This document shows positions 1 to 12,235 of a stretch of 64,000 nucleotides of DNA, piece after piece. The translations under genes were made by a program, and so were the position numbers. The stretch's first letter is position 1. Every line of letters starts with the position of its first letter. Location: contig NC_069001.1 of NCBI RefSeq assembly GCF_001194135.2, positions 25,085,542 through 25,149,541 on the forward strand. Direction: 5' to 3'. Source of the DNA: Octopus bimaculoides (taxonomy: Eukaryota). The notes beneath the pieces are model-generated. The model saw nothing but the letters and a program-made list of their open reading frames with translations. It was not told the origin of the DNA and searched no databases.

Positions 1-7
1 AATGGAT

Positions 8-1000
8 CTAACGTACAAGTGTCCCACTTACCCAGAAAAAATGTTTTTCGAATCGCACACGTGATTCGTCAGGAATGTCGCTCCTGAAAGTTTCTCGCCT
101 GATAATTTGCTCCATAAGGGAGAGTTGTTGACGGGGTTTCCGTTCCCTCAATTTGTGAAGCAGAAAGTCAGGGGTAATATACGCGAATGAGCTAACCTTG
201 ATGTGATTAGATAGGACAAGTTGATAATCTTGCAAATCGATACCTGTCCAGACTGACAAGCGTTCTGAGTTACACGATTTACAATAATGTTAAGGTGTTT
301 CAATGTAATTCTAGCTAACCATTAATGTGGTTAGGAACTGAGATAACATCATAACATATGATGTCAAGTCCGATCAAGAAATGAACTGAGACGAAAATTC
401 CTTTAAAAGATAACGTTTAGGTTGCGAATATAAAAACTATTTTTCTTGTTCATTTCTGCCCGACTGTCGGCTTTCATCCGTTCGATCTGCCATGATACCC
501 GTCTAATATTCGTTTCTTTATTTTTCAATGGATAATTTCCCTTAATCAGGTGATCTATCTAACACTAATACACGCTTAGCTTGGGGTTCCCTATTATGGG
601 TGGGCCAAGCCGAAATCTATAATGGTTGTCTGGTGTTAGCATATTGCTTCACATCGGATATGTTGTTGAATATTCATTGTAATGCAACTCCCGATAGAAT
701 AACGCTGGACAAATGTAGAGATGATTCACCGAACAACCTAGAATTCAGGACAAGTTAGAGAGAAATATCATATTGTACAATCAGAAACCATTGCAGTTTA
801 GGATAACATCAAAATATTGAAGTGACGTTAGACATTATTCTAATATTTCCAAGATTCTGGTGTCATGCAGAGTGAATCGAATATCCCCGTGTTTACCATA
901 ATCACAAATCAAGTGATTATTTCGCGCCGGGGGGCGCGCGAAGCTTTCTATTGTTTGATGGATATATGGTAAGGCGTTGTATGAAACAGATTGAAAACTG
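8..1000 (-). mobile_element. Highly decayed RTE-like LINE 3' remnant (alternative: a host exon at 32-~250)
   Basis: Minus-strand ORF 8-259 (GIDLQDYQ...LLHKLRERKPRQQL) and the overlapping frame (LPYGANYQARN...WDTCTLDP) weakly echo the RTE ORF C-terminus pattern GI.WQD...GHV.RM...PRQLLYG...W...A.DR. Sequence upstream to ~1000 is less AT-rich but has no open frame. Confidence 0.3.
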
Positions 1001-1704
1001 GTTGAAGTTAAATACTTTCATATTCGCCAAGTTCGATTCAACATCAACGCGTTCCGCTTACAGGGTAGGGATTTGCTGATAGAAGGAAGAGAATAACAAA
1101 AACGCTGAAAGAATTAACCTAGTCTCAGAATATGACTATAGTCTTTCAGAAATTATATTCCATTCCATCTACAACGCCAATCTCTTCATATATTGCCCTT
1201 GCTTTGGACAAGATCGATTATTTCTCCAACCACTTGTGGTCTTTTTGTCCTACTTTGGATGAAATTATTGTAGTAGTTGTTGCTTTTATTGTTATCATAG
1301 GTCATTATAGGTTGTTATAACTATTATTGATAATGTAGCTGTTGTTTTTATTGTTAGCCATGTTACCGCTACTGCTGTTGTTGTTTTTGCTTTTATTGTT
1401 TTTGCTATTGTTGGTTTTAAAGTCGGTGGATAAGTAGGATCGTTTCAATTTGACGTGACCCCATTTCAGAGCTTACGTAGCAGATAGAGCAGAAAAACAA
1501 ATTGCATGATGTAGTTGTTCTCCAGCTTTCTCTCCTATTATCTGTGGCCTGAGATGAACGCTGCTCCTCAGCACAGCAGGATCGATGACGTTCAACCAGT
1601 CAAATATTTGGGTGAATATGATCGACGAATATCGTGCAACGAAATTTCAAGTCTCGTGCCTATATTAGAGACAACTACTGGCACTAACATTGCCACACTC
1701 ACCA

Positions 1705-1800
1705 GAACCACCAGCACTACCACCAGCACTACCACCAGCACCAGCACCACCAGCACTAGCACCCCCACCACCACCAGCACTAGCACCCCCACCACCACCA
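1705..1800 (+). repeat. Imperfect ACCACCAGCACT-type minisatellite
   Basis: Tandem accaccagcact/accagc/acccccacc units are read directly. They explain the T/S-rich and V/L-rich ORFs 1515-1889 and 1592-1843. Confidence 0.85.
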
Positions 1801-2777
1801 TATATATATATATGTATTTATTTGTGGTAATGACACACTCCATTCTCTTCTTTCGAAATTTTTACGATTTATTAATGACTCCCAGTTGAAGGGTGAAGTT
1901 AGTTCTCANNNNNNNNNNNNNNNNNNNNNNNNNNNNNNNNNNNNNNNNNNNNNNNNNNNNNNNNNNNNNNNNNNNNNNNNNNNNNNNNNNNNNNNNNNNN
2001 NNNNNNNNNNNNNNNNNNNNNNNNNNNNNNNNNNNNNNNNNNNNNNNNNNNNNNNNNNNNNNNNNNNNNNNNNNNNNNNNNNNNNNNNNNNNNNNNNNNN
2101 NNNNNNNNNNNNNNNNNNNNNNNNNNNNNNNNNNNNNNNNNNNNNNNNNNNNNNNNNNNNNNNNNNNNNNNNNNNNNNNNNNNNNNNNNNNNNNNNNNNN
2201 NNNNNNNNNNNNNNNNNNNNNNNNNNNNNNNNNNNNNNNNNNNNNNNNNNNNNNNNNNNNNTATATATATATATATATATATATATTTGTATATACACGT
2301 GAATATATGCATGTATTTATACCATTTGTTGAAATCTGTTGGCTTTTAAATCTATGTGTACAAGTCTTTTAACGTATTGAATTAGTGGCCTTTGTGTTAT
2401 CTCCATTCAGAAAGATGTCATTGATAAATCTCTTCGTATACATAATGATCCCTGAAGAAACTTGAATGAATCGCATATTTTAAGCAAGATAAGTCGATTC
2501 ATTGATTCGGTTTAATTCGTTTCTCATTTTTTACAACATATTTTCGACATTTTCCTTTAATAATTCATCCCAGTAACTGTTTTTTAAAACTGTAATGGAT
2601 ACTGCGATTTATTGATTCTTAATATAACATTGCTAGAAGAATGTTGGGATATAATCGATTATATCGAATCCGGAATGATAAAAACGACTTTCGCTTTCTG
2701 CAGGATTCGTACTTAGAAATCAAGTGATGGCAATTATTTACTGTAATTGTTAAGCGACTAATATGATGCCCATCCGT

Positions 2778-3162
2778 GGAGGTGCAATGGCCTAATGGTT
2801 AGGGTAGCGGACTCGTGGTCATATGATCGTGGTTTCGATTCCCAGACCGGGCATTGTGAGTGTTTATTGAGCGAAACCACCTAAGGCTCCACGAGGCTCC
2901 GGCAGTGGATGGTGGCGAATCCTGCTGTACTCTTTCACTACAACTTTCTCTCACTCTTACTTCCTGTTTCTGTTGTGCCTGTAATTCAAAGGGTCAGCCT
3001 TGTCACACTGTGTCACGCTGAATATCCCCGAGAACTACGTTAATGGTACACGTGTCTGTGGAGTGCTCAGCCACTTGCACGTTAATTTCACGAGCAGGCT
3101 GTTCCGTTGATCGGACCGACTGGAACCCTCGACGTCGTAAACGACGGAGTGCCAACACACAC
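2778..3162 (+). mobile_element. tRNA-derived SINE family A (long-tail variant), full length with 15-bp TSD
   Basis: Pol III A box (ggcctaatggttagg) and B box (ggtttcgattccc). Body and tail match copies at 42.4, 43.5 and 59.8 kb. Flanking duplication atgatgcccatccgt (2763-2777) / atgatgcccatccat (3163-3177). Confidence 0.9.
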
Positions 3163-3700
3163 ATGATGCCCATCCATCTATTTTATCTGCACACAATCTC
3201 GGAGTTTCGCCGGGTAGAGTCATATAGTCTCCTATCTCAATCGACCATCATTGCACTTTCACGCTGGATTCTCAAGCGTGACCATCTGTTAGTCTGGATA
3301 TTATCCAAACCACTTTGTCCTTAGTCGAAAGATAACTTGCCTGTTAGTTCCACTTGATGAAACCGTCTTACATTTCTCTCTTAGGATATTCTAGTCGCAC
3401 ATCCATAGTAATAAAGCTTGATTTTGCAGTACGGAGAAGTTACGGCTTTACCTTGTGACATTCCCTGATACGAATCCTACGAATCCTCTTGCGTAACTTT
3501 ATGCGATATATTCTTCGGAAGAACACAATATTCCTGAGCATAGATGAGGGTGGGCACAAAACGAATTGAAGATTGCGTTTTTCGTTCTTTTACCGATTTC
3601 TCTTCTTCTAAAGATCGAATGCTGAATCTGTTACACAGTATTATCGAAATTGTCTTAACCCGTGTCATTCCCGTAAATGCAAAGATTTATGAATGTTGTT
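3163..3700 (-). mobile_element. Decayed RTE-like LINE RT C-terminal remnant
   Basis: Minus ORF 3477-3668 contains RFVPTLIYAQEYCVLPK, resembling the RTE motif V.PTLLYG.E.W.L. Stops and frameshifts follow. Confidence 0.45.
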
Positions 3701-4329
3701 ATTTATATTTTGATATCTTAATTTACCGATATTAATAACATTACTTCATTCAGTCACCTATTTCCTTCCATAATTATGACTGTGGAAATCGTAACAGTCG
3801 AACTAGTTTCATTATGTTAAAAAAAATATCACTTACATTTTGATATTGTCCCACTTTAAAGGGGTGATGAGCAATATTTCTCCACTTCGCCATAATTAAC
3901 ATAATGCATATGTATGTGAGTGTGTGCGCATGTATGTTTGTATGTATGTATGTATTAGTGTGAACCTGTGTGTATGCGTGTTTCTCGGCTCATTTTACTT
4001 CTACTGTAAACATATAATCCAGTATAGTGTCTCTTGGGTTGTCAGCGACTAAACACAACCATTAAGTTATTCTAATGGGACATGCTAGAAATTTTGTATG
4101 GGAAAAGACATGTGAAAAGACCGGTAATTATTGCTTGAACAACTGTGTTATTATAGTGCAGAACGTTATAGAATTAAGCGAATTGCTAAAGCACATAGAA
4201 ATACCATTTCGGAACTTTGCCGTTCACATGTTTGCTGACATCTATTACATTTGTCTTGTGTTATCGCCATGACCAATAATTGTTGATGGTTTTTGGCAAG
4301 TAATCACCGTTGTATTCAAATCCCTTTAT

Positions 4330-4800
4330 TGAATATCTCAATTCTTAGATATAGTCACATATCTTGTAAAGCATGAAAGCGCACATATTGGATGAGAAGA
4401 CGATGACTGGGTCAAATATGCAAGAAGACTCCATCTGGATCTTTGCTCTGTATAGAGCTTCAATTCTGGCGGTGAAATTTTATCTAATTCCGACCAGTTC
4501 GCTGAAATAGCGGGTGTTTTCAGACAGAGATCTGCGTATTTCACACAGGAAGGAGAAACTAAATGGTGCTTTATAAGTGAATACTCATTATCTGGTTAGT
4601 TAGATATTTACATTACCCTATGCAATTTCTGGATTTGAAATACGTTCCAGGAAATCAAGAAAGCAGTCACCAAGCTACTGAAGAAAGGATGTTAGAACGT
4701 CGGAAGATTTCATGTTGGGTTTTCCTGTTCTGATCGCAAGTCGGGTACGAAATTTCTTACGCAATATCACAATGATATCGCTCTAATGAATGGAATACAA
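4330..4800 (+). mobile_element. Very old RTE-like LINE remnant (EN-RT linker region)
   Basis: Fragments NSGGEILSNS (~4463) and TFQEIKKAVTKL (~4642) resemble ..DG..L.D and ..EI.KA+..L(K.GKAPG). No open frame. Confidence 0.3.
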
Positions 4801-5935
4801 TTTCCTGGAGTATGTGACATTAAACAACAAATGATTAAAGAAATAAATATGTATGTTTGGAAGAAAAGGAGTCTACAGCACCTGATGCTTGTATTTGCAA
4901 GTTGTTAAACATTCTCGTTACATCTCAAGTGTCAAGGTAATAGCATTATAACGTTAATGAAATATGGGGATTCACTTTATTTTTTAATAAATAACTCTGT
5001 TCATACTAAAACTTGAAGCGAACACGAAAAACAAATTTTCTTCTCGATACAACAGAATTATTAACACCGACAGATATTTTACTTCAGTGCAAAAGTGAAT
5101 TCCGATTATAATATTTTGTCAGCTGTGATTGGCTGGTAGAGTGTGGGCAGAATTAATAATAACGGACATATTTTCCACAAAAGTTCACGAGGCTGGCACG
5201 TTTCACATCATATCCACGTTGAACAAACAACAGCGAGATTCACATATCTCTCCTTCTATCACCCATCAACTGACTATCCCCATAACTGTACACTAACAAC
5301 TACACTCTCCCATTTGTTTCAAAAGATATTCTACCTCTGTTATTACCATCCTAAACTTCGTTTTCTTTCAATATTCTAAAGCAAGTCCAGTAATCAAATA
5401 ACATATGACACTGGCTCCATGTCTATTCAAATCATTGTAATATGTTTCAACAATACCATTATAAATTAATTTCCAGACACACATGCAACTTCAAACTTTA
5501 AAGAAGAACAATCACCAAAACACAAAGTGATACCAAAACTACTATTCAGACTATCTGACTACACATATCAATGAACTGACATATCATTTCCCCTGGAAAC
5601 TAATCTCACCTGCTACAGATTTCACCGAAGACAGATTTTTATTGCTCATGTCACTGACAGTAGCAGCACTTCAGCAGCAATACAGAAGCAAAGCAGCAGC
5701 AAATGGTTTCATTTTGTTTCAATCTAACAAAAGAGAAAATTTTAAAGAGAGCTTGCTTTGATGTAAATTCGTTCTCATCATAATAAATCGCTTCAGATTT
5801 TAACTTGTTCAATGTTATACCACAAAACCACAAATATTTGAAGTTGAAAATGTGCATACAAACAGATATAGATACGCTCTTATGTATACTTACATGAGTA
5901 CAAACACACATATAATATATAGATATCTATCTATC

Positions 5936-5938
<3 letters not shown>

Positions 5939-6008
<70 letters not shown>
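5939..6008. repeat. (CA)n-(TA)n compound microsatellite running into a gap, with (TG)n on the other side
   Basis: Read directly. Confidence 0.95.
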
Positions 6009-6348
6009 NNNNNNNNNNNNNNNNNNNNNNNNNNNNNNNNNNNNNNNNNNNNNNNNNNNNNNNNNNNNNNNNNNNNNNNNNNNNNNNNNNNNNNNNNNNN
6101 NNNNNNNNNNNNNNNNNNNNNNNNNNNNNNNNNNNNNNNNNNNNNNNNNNNNNNNNNNNNNNNNNNNNNNNNNNNNNNNNNNNNNNNNNNNNNNNNNNNN
6201 NNNNNNNNNNNNNNNNNNNNNNNNNNNNNNNNNNNNNNNNNNNNNNNNNNNNNNNNNNNNNNNNNNNNNNNNNNNNNNNNNNNNNNNNNNNNNNNNNNNN
6301 NNNNNNNNNNNNNNNNNNNNNNNNNNNNNNNNNNNNNNNNNNNNNNNN

Positions 6349-6380
<32 letters not shown>

Positions 6381-6382
<2 letters not shown>

Positions 6383-6635
6383 AAAACAAGAGACTAAGAC
6401 TGGTGTAGGAACAACAAGCAGGTGTTTTCGTTTAACGCTTGGGAATTAACGGAACAGTCTTTGGCGTTTCAAACCTACGCTCTTAGACAGAAAAGGTTCA
6501 GGAGAACAGAACGAATTGAGAATGAAAAAATGGAGAGAGAAAAAATATGTGTTGGCTATAAAGACTGAACATGATGAAATAGCCGGAAGACAACGGCTGA
6601 ATGAAAGGGAGATATTAACAGTGACCAGGACTAAG
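6381..6635 (-). mobile_element. Solo Penelope-like terminal repeat (pLTR-like) with degenerate hammerhead-like motif
   Basis: The reverse complement contains ccttttCTGTCTAA-GAGC-GTAG-GTTT-GAAAcgccaaag followed by acacctgcttgttgttcctacacc. This matches the repeat 3' of the PLE remnants at 10.9 kb and 24.5 kb. Confidence 0.65.
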
Positions 6636-6911
6636 TTAAGGTGCGCAAGCGCATATGTGTATCTGTGAATGGTGTGTATGAGTGTATATGTGTGAATGGG
6701 GCGAGCGCTTGAATATATGAGAGCTGAAAATTTCGTGTACCTGTGTGCGCATATGAGTATAAGTAACCTAGTACGTACGTTATGTAGAATGGTGTGTGTT
6801 TCATGTACCAGTGTGCATGTGTAGGTGTGTGTGTGTGTGTGTACAAATGTGTGAGACCAAATTCAGGGGTCTGTATATGTGTATATGTACAAGTAACCTA
6901 GTGTATACGTT

Positions 6912-6945
<34 letters not shown>

Positions 6946-7059
6946 CTGTGTGTATGTTCGTGTGTACATGTTTGAGTGTGCATATGTACGTGTGTATATG
7001 TGTGACGCTGACGTGTGTGTGTGTGTGTGTGTGCACCATAATTTTGTTTCTTTTATATT

Positions 7060-7160
7060 TTTCAGTTATTAGGCTGGGACCATGCTGTGAAATCACCTTG
7101 GGGCGGTATTAGTCGAACCAGTTGACCCCACTACATATTTTTTAGGCTTGGTATTTTTGT
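7060..7160 (-). mobile_element. SINE family B tail fragment
   Basis: ttttcagttattaggctgggaccatgctg...ttagtcgaacc is a diverged match to the reverse complement of the tail at 30840-30900. Confidence 0.55.
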
Positions 7161-7364
7161 CCAATGTGTTTAAGAGTGTGTATATATGCGTGGGTATGCA
7201 TATACACACTGGCATAGCATTTAGCACAGCAGTGGGTGAGTAAAATATAAGCACTTAAATGGGAAAACAATTCAGCGGTAAAATGTTGTTTAACGGGCAC
7301 TGAACAGTATTTTTCTTTATTTGTAGAATACACAGAGTAATTGTCATTCAATGTTAAATGCTAA

Positions 7365-7398
7365 TGTATGTATGTATGTATGTATGTATGTATGTATG

Positions 7399-7445
<47 letters not shown>

Positions 7446-7465
7446 GTAGCTAGCTAGCTAGCTAA
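7365..7465. repeat. (TATG)n(TATC)n(TAGC)n compound microsatellite
   Basis: Read directly. Confidence 0.95.
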
Positions 7466-7685
7466 CTATTCACTTCTCTCTCTTATTCTCTCTCATTCTC
7501 GCACTAAAATAGCGGACTGAACGACCCACGCACATAGCCGCACGCGTGCATACGCACAAACACACGCACATACACACAGCCCCCTCTCAGTCAAATGACT
7601 GAAACAGGTAAAACAATAAATGAATGCATGCATATATATAAACGTATATATGTGTATGTGTGTGTGAATGTGTGTGTATAAGTAT

Positions 7686-7726
<41 letters not shown>

Positions 7727-7938
7727 TAAATATATANNNNNNNNNNNNNNNNNNNNNNNNNNNNNNNNNNNNNNNNNNNNNNNNNNNNNNNNNNNNNNNN
7801 NNNNNNNNNNNNNNNNNNNNNNNNNNNNNNNNNNNNNNNNNNNNNNNNNNNNNNNNNNNNNNNNNNNNNNNNNNNNNNNNNNNNNNNNNNNNNNNNNNNN
7901 NNNNNNNNNNNNNNNNNNNNNNNNNNNNNNNNNNNNNN

Positions 7939-7979
<41 letters not shown>

Positions 7980-9769
7980 GTATGTATGTATTTTATTCGA
8001 TAAATTAACTGAAAAATACAAGTTTAGAGCAGATTGTTGTGAAGAAAGAATGGAATGGATACTTATTACTGCAATTAGAAAAATGATTGAAGATGCAGAT
8101 CTGACTGTTGACATGTCGACCTATGTTAAAAACTTAAAATTACACGAAAAACACGTTAGAGAATGTTTAAATGAGAGGAATAGCAAATAGTTTATGTTGG
8201 GGTTGAAGCGGCCGAGAGTTTGGTGCTCACGTGTAGTATGAAGTATTATGCGATGGCGTTAATCGTAAAAATGAAAATAAAATCTGGTTGTACATTGTGT
8301 GGCAATGTAAGACGCAAATTTGTTTCTGCGGTTGTTGAGACACTGACAGTTTTGATTTATGTCTAAAATGAGAAAAAAGTTTTGCAAAATTTCAGTGTCG
8401 TCATAATAATTCTGGATTAGCGCATGATGAATGTAGTGTATAAAGTAAATATGAAGATGTATGTATGAAACATGGAGTGAATACGATGGTTAGACAAGTT
8501 TAAACATGTGATTTAAAAATCTGGTTTAAATCTATAAAATACATGGTATAATTCGTTTCCTTCTAGGGCAGTTTATATAAACATGGAAATATTTCTATTA
8601 GGTTTAACAGTATTTTTTACAAGATGTAATTTTGTTTTACGGGGACTAAATTTTTTAAATGAACTATGCAAACGAAAAACAAAACAACTAATATATGGTC
8701 AGGAAAGACTCTCGATGATGCAAATGCATCAATGAGATTTTCGTTCAAAACTATGAATTTTAATTCCCTCATAATTTTACTATGTATGATTAAGGAATTA
8801 GAAGAATAGGAATGTATGTAAATATAAGTCATTAACCAAAGAGTTACTAATCAGTTGTGGTTAATAATAAATCTAATATAGCGAAATTCTTTACAATATA
8901 GCGAATATAATTTTATAGCTTCTGCTATACCTTATGTAGACAGCAGAAAGCAAGTATGAATATTTGCTACGAAGTTTACAAGATATAATATGTTAACATA
9001 GTTCGTAGCCTGATCTATTGACTGATATTACTAAAAATCTTATAGATGAGTGCTTTGGAGAGTTTAAAGTACTCAAATATTAATTAAACAATTTATATGT
9101 AGCATATATTTACATAATGACTTATTACGTTTGGAGCTATTTCAAGATTGTAATTCAGTTGAAAATTAATGTCTCAATTTAATGCCAAATACTACAAATA
9201 GCGAAAGCGAGTTTCCTTAGAGAAAACTAGTTAAAAGTTAATAAGCTTGCGTTATATAATTAAACTTACTCGCTGTTTCCTTGTACATTTTATAATTGCA
9301 TTAACTTGATATTCCGACTCTTTTCCTTCTTCACTCCTTGCTATTAAGTAATGGTTACCATTACCGATTTCGGGCCGCGGCAACCACCATAAGTCTTGTT
9401 CAACTACCTTTGTTTTTTCCAAGCGGAAATTTGAGTATATGAGCCGACGTAATTTATCTGTCTTCCATCAGAATCTTTTAGTGAGCGGTGAACATCCAGC
9501 CATTTCTTTTCTTCTACGTAAGATACATTGTTTTATTTCCCTACTTTATTGTATTTATGATTTAATACATTAAAAAATATATATTATTCTGTTTAGGGAG
9601 ACTAAGTTATTAATAACTTTATATATATCCAGATTCAAATATGTAATTGTTTACGAAGTCTATTTCTGTGTTTGAATAAAAACATATATGCTTGTATATC
9701 ACCCGAAAAAATTTAAATACCTTAAAGTGCTTTTCTTTTCAGCATATTTATAAGTACATACAGTTATTA

Positions 9770-11040
9770 CTGTAAGGTAAATTTCCTAGATTCTAATTTT
9801 GACTTAGAAACATGGATGTACGAACCATACCACAAGCCGAATGTATGTCTTAGATACATAAATGTACAGTCCAATGATCCACCATCCTTAACCAACGGAA
9901 TAGTTAGGAGCATAGGCACGAGAATATCACGATTATCAGTGACCGATACAATATTCAACATAACATGCATCTTATTACAATGAAACACTAGGTAGGGCCG
10001 GGTTTAAGGAAAAATCAAGTTCACACCTGGCGAGGTTCTAAATAGTACTAATACCCACGCATCTAAAGTAGAAAATACATACAGCATGAAAAGCAACAAC
10101 AAACGCATAATAAAACACAAAAACGGAAGACACAATGGAAAGACAGGAAACATAAACAAAGCCTAGAAGAATAACGATAATAGTAAAAACGATGCGCAAA
10201 ATGCCAACAACACAGAAAACAGCCTGAAAGAGCCAAACAAAAAATGCAAAAGTTCCGAGCTACTATGATATAACACAATTTCCGGATTGCAAATATCATC
10301 GAAGCTAGGTAGACAATTCCGTGCAGCATTAGAAAGGTGCCTCCCTAAGATACATAAATGCCATAGTAACTCCAACAAGTACACAATGAAAATGTCGTAT
10401 GCGACATCCAACAGCATGGAGTACTACATACACAAATACAACGCAATAAGGAAATATGCATACAAACAATGACAAAATACCAGGAACAAGCAGATCATAA
10501 TAACACAATATATAGGAACAATAACAAAAGTAAACAAAAAGATTCACAAAACATTTTTAGTGACACCGACAGCTGTGATAGGAGTCAAACATAGACTCAA
10601 AAAATAATGAAAAAAAAAAACCGGCATGAAGACCAAGACGCTTCAACCGGAACATAAAAAAAAGTCACCAAATAAATGCAAAAATAACAATAGTGCAAAT
10701 CATTGGAGTTGTCGCAAAAAATCTGCATGTCCGCTCAAGAACCAATGCATGCAAAAAACATCACCATCACCACAACGCAACATAAATACACGTATACAGG
10801 AACAGCTTCTACCTCTACTGTCAAACTTTTTTTCGAACCAGTCGCCCTGCTTGACCGTTAAATCCACTAGATGTTTTATTCTCACTTTGTTTATTTTATT
10901 TTATTCGTTTCTGTTGAAGAGCGTAGGCTCTAAACGTAAAAAAAATGTTTCGCAATTTTCCCTATCGTCAAACTAACACACCTGCTTGTTGTTCATACAC
11001 CTGTCTTCGTGTTTTGTTTCTTCTGTAAATTAATCTGAAA
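9770..11040 (+). mobile_element. Penelope-like retroelement remnant 1 (RT thumb, linker, start of Cys-rich/GIY-YIG region, terminal repeat)
   Basis: Translation from ~9778 gives VNFLDSNFDLETWMYEPYHKPNVCLRYINVQSNDPPSLTNGIVRSIGTRISRLS, then after a frameshift ASYYNETLGRAGFKEK. ORF 10287 gives KLGRQFRAALERCLPKIHKCHSNSNKYTMKMSY, and WSCRKKSACPLKNQC follows at ~10704. All match the PLE consensus pattern (VNFLD.T.DL....Y.PY.KPN....Y+N..SNHPP; N+GK.FL.L+...FP....+..+FN..T+K+SYS; C.CR....CPL...C). Terminal repeat at ~10850-11040. Confidence 0.88.
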
Positions 11041-11236
11041 GAAGAAGCTCACTCTAAAATGTAGAGCAGTATATATTAAAAAAGTGGTTGGTCGGTTTAT
11101 GGGGAAAAACTTAGGTTCCAAGTCCATAAAATGTTTAACCAATTGACGTATCGTCAGATCCCCAAAAAACCTATTGACCCAAGACATTTTAAAAATACGA
11201 AGGAGGGAATGGTTCACTCAATCCAATATAAATGTC

Positions 11237-11545
11237 GAGGTACAATGGCCCAGTCGTTAGGGCAGCGGACTCGCGGTCGGAGGATCTCAGTTTCGATTCC
11301 CAGACCGGGCGTTGTGTGTGTTTATTGAGCAGAAACACTTAAAGCTCCACGAGGCTCCGACAGGGGTTGGTGTCGACCCTGTTGTACTCTTTCACTCCAA
11401 CTTTCTCTCACTCTTTCTTCCTGTTTCTTGAGTAAGGCTGCGATGGACTGGCGCCCCGTCCAGCTGGGGGAAACACATGCGCCATAGAAATCGGGAAACC
11501 GGGCCCAGGAGCCTGGCTAGGCTTTAGAAGGGTGCATAAAAAAAA
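11237..11545 (+). mobile_element. tRNA-derived SINE family A, short-tail variant
   Basis: Same A/B-box head and body as 2778-2980, but it diverges after ttcctgtttct into a different tail (gactggcgccccgtccag...gaaaccgggccc) ending in an A-run. Confidence 0.85.
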
Positions 11546-12027
11546 TATGTATACATGTATATGTGTGTATATATGTATGTATTTATGTATGTACCTATGT
11601 GTGTATGTATGCACCTATGTGTGTATGTAAGTACATATGCATGTGTATTTGCATAGGTATATGCATATATCGTATTTATTTTATTGAATCTATCGAAGCT
11701 CTTCGTAAACTACTTCTTAAATAAAGGTCTACAAATGATGAAAACAGGATTGAGAATTGCAGAAAAATATAGTAATTAGTGAATCGAAAGCGTTCCTTTC
11801 AACCATTATCTTCTAAGTGTGAGTGAAAAATAAATAGAGTAAGATCAGCTTATATCAAAATGATAGAATAAGATAAGATGTCGGGAATAGGAATTCCAGT
11901 TGTAAGATTAGTTGTAAAATAGTACCCATAAAAGCAGATGTGTACCTCTAACTACTTACACAGAAAATATATTAATAGAAAAAGAAAGAAAAGGAAAAGA
12001 GAAAAAGATAATCACATTGGATATTGA

Positions 12028-12136
12028 CACACACACACACACTTATATATATACACACACACACACTTATATATATACACACACGCAAATATATATGTAT
12101 ATATATATATATATATACGGAGAAAGAGAGATATAG

Positions 12137-12210
<74 letters not shown>

Positions 12211-12235
12211 TTTTTGTGTGTGTGTGTATATATGC
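12028..12235. repeat. Compound (CA)n/(TA)n/(TG)n microsatellite tract with a ~24-bp tandem duplication
   Basis: Read directly. Confidence 0.9.

Noticed and set aside
2778-2850. tRNA genes at A/B-box sequences (also 11237, 23027, 34805, 42773, 59797, 60622)
   Set aside because: No complete cloverleaf or acceptor stem; each continues into a SINE body.
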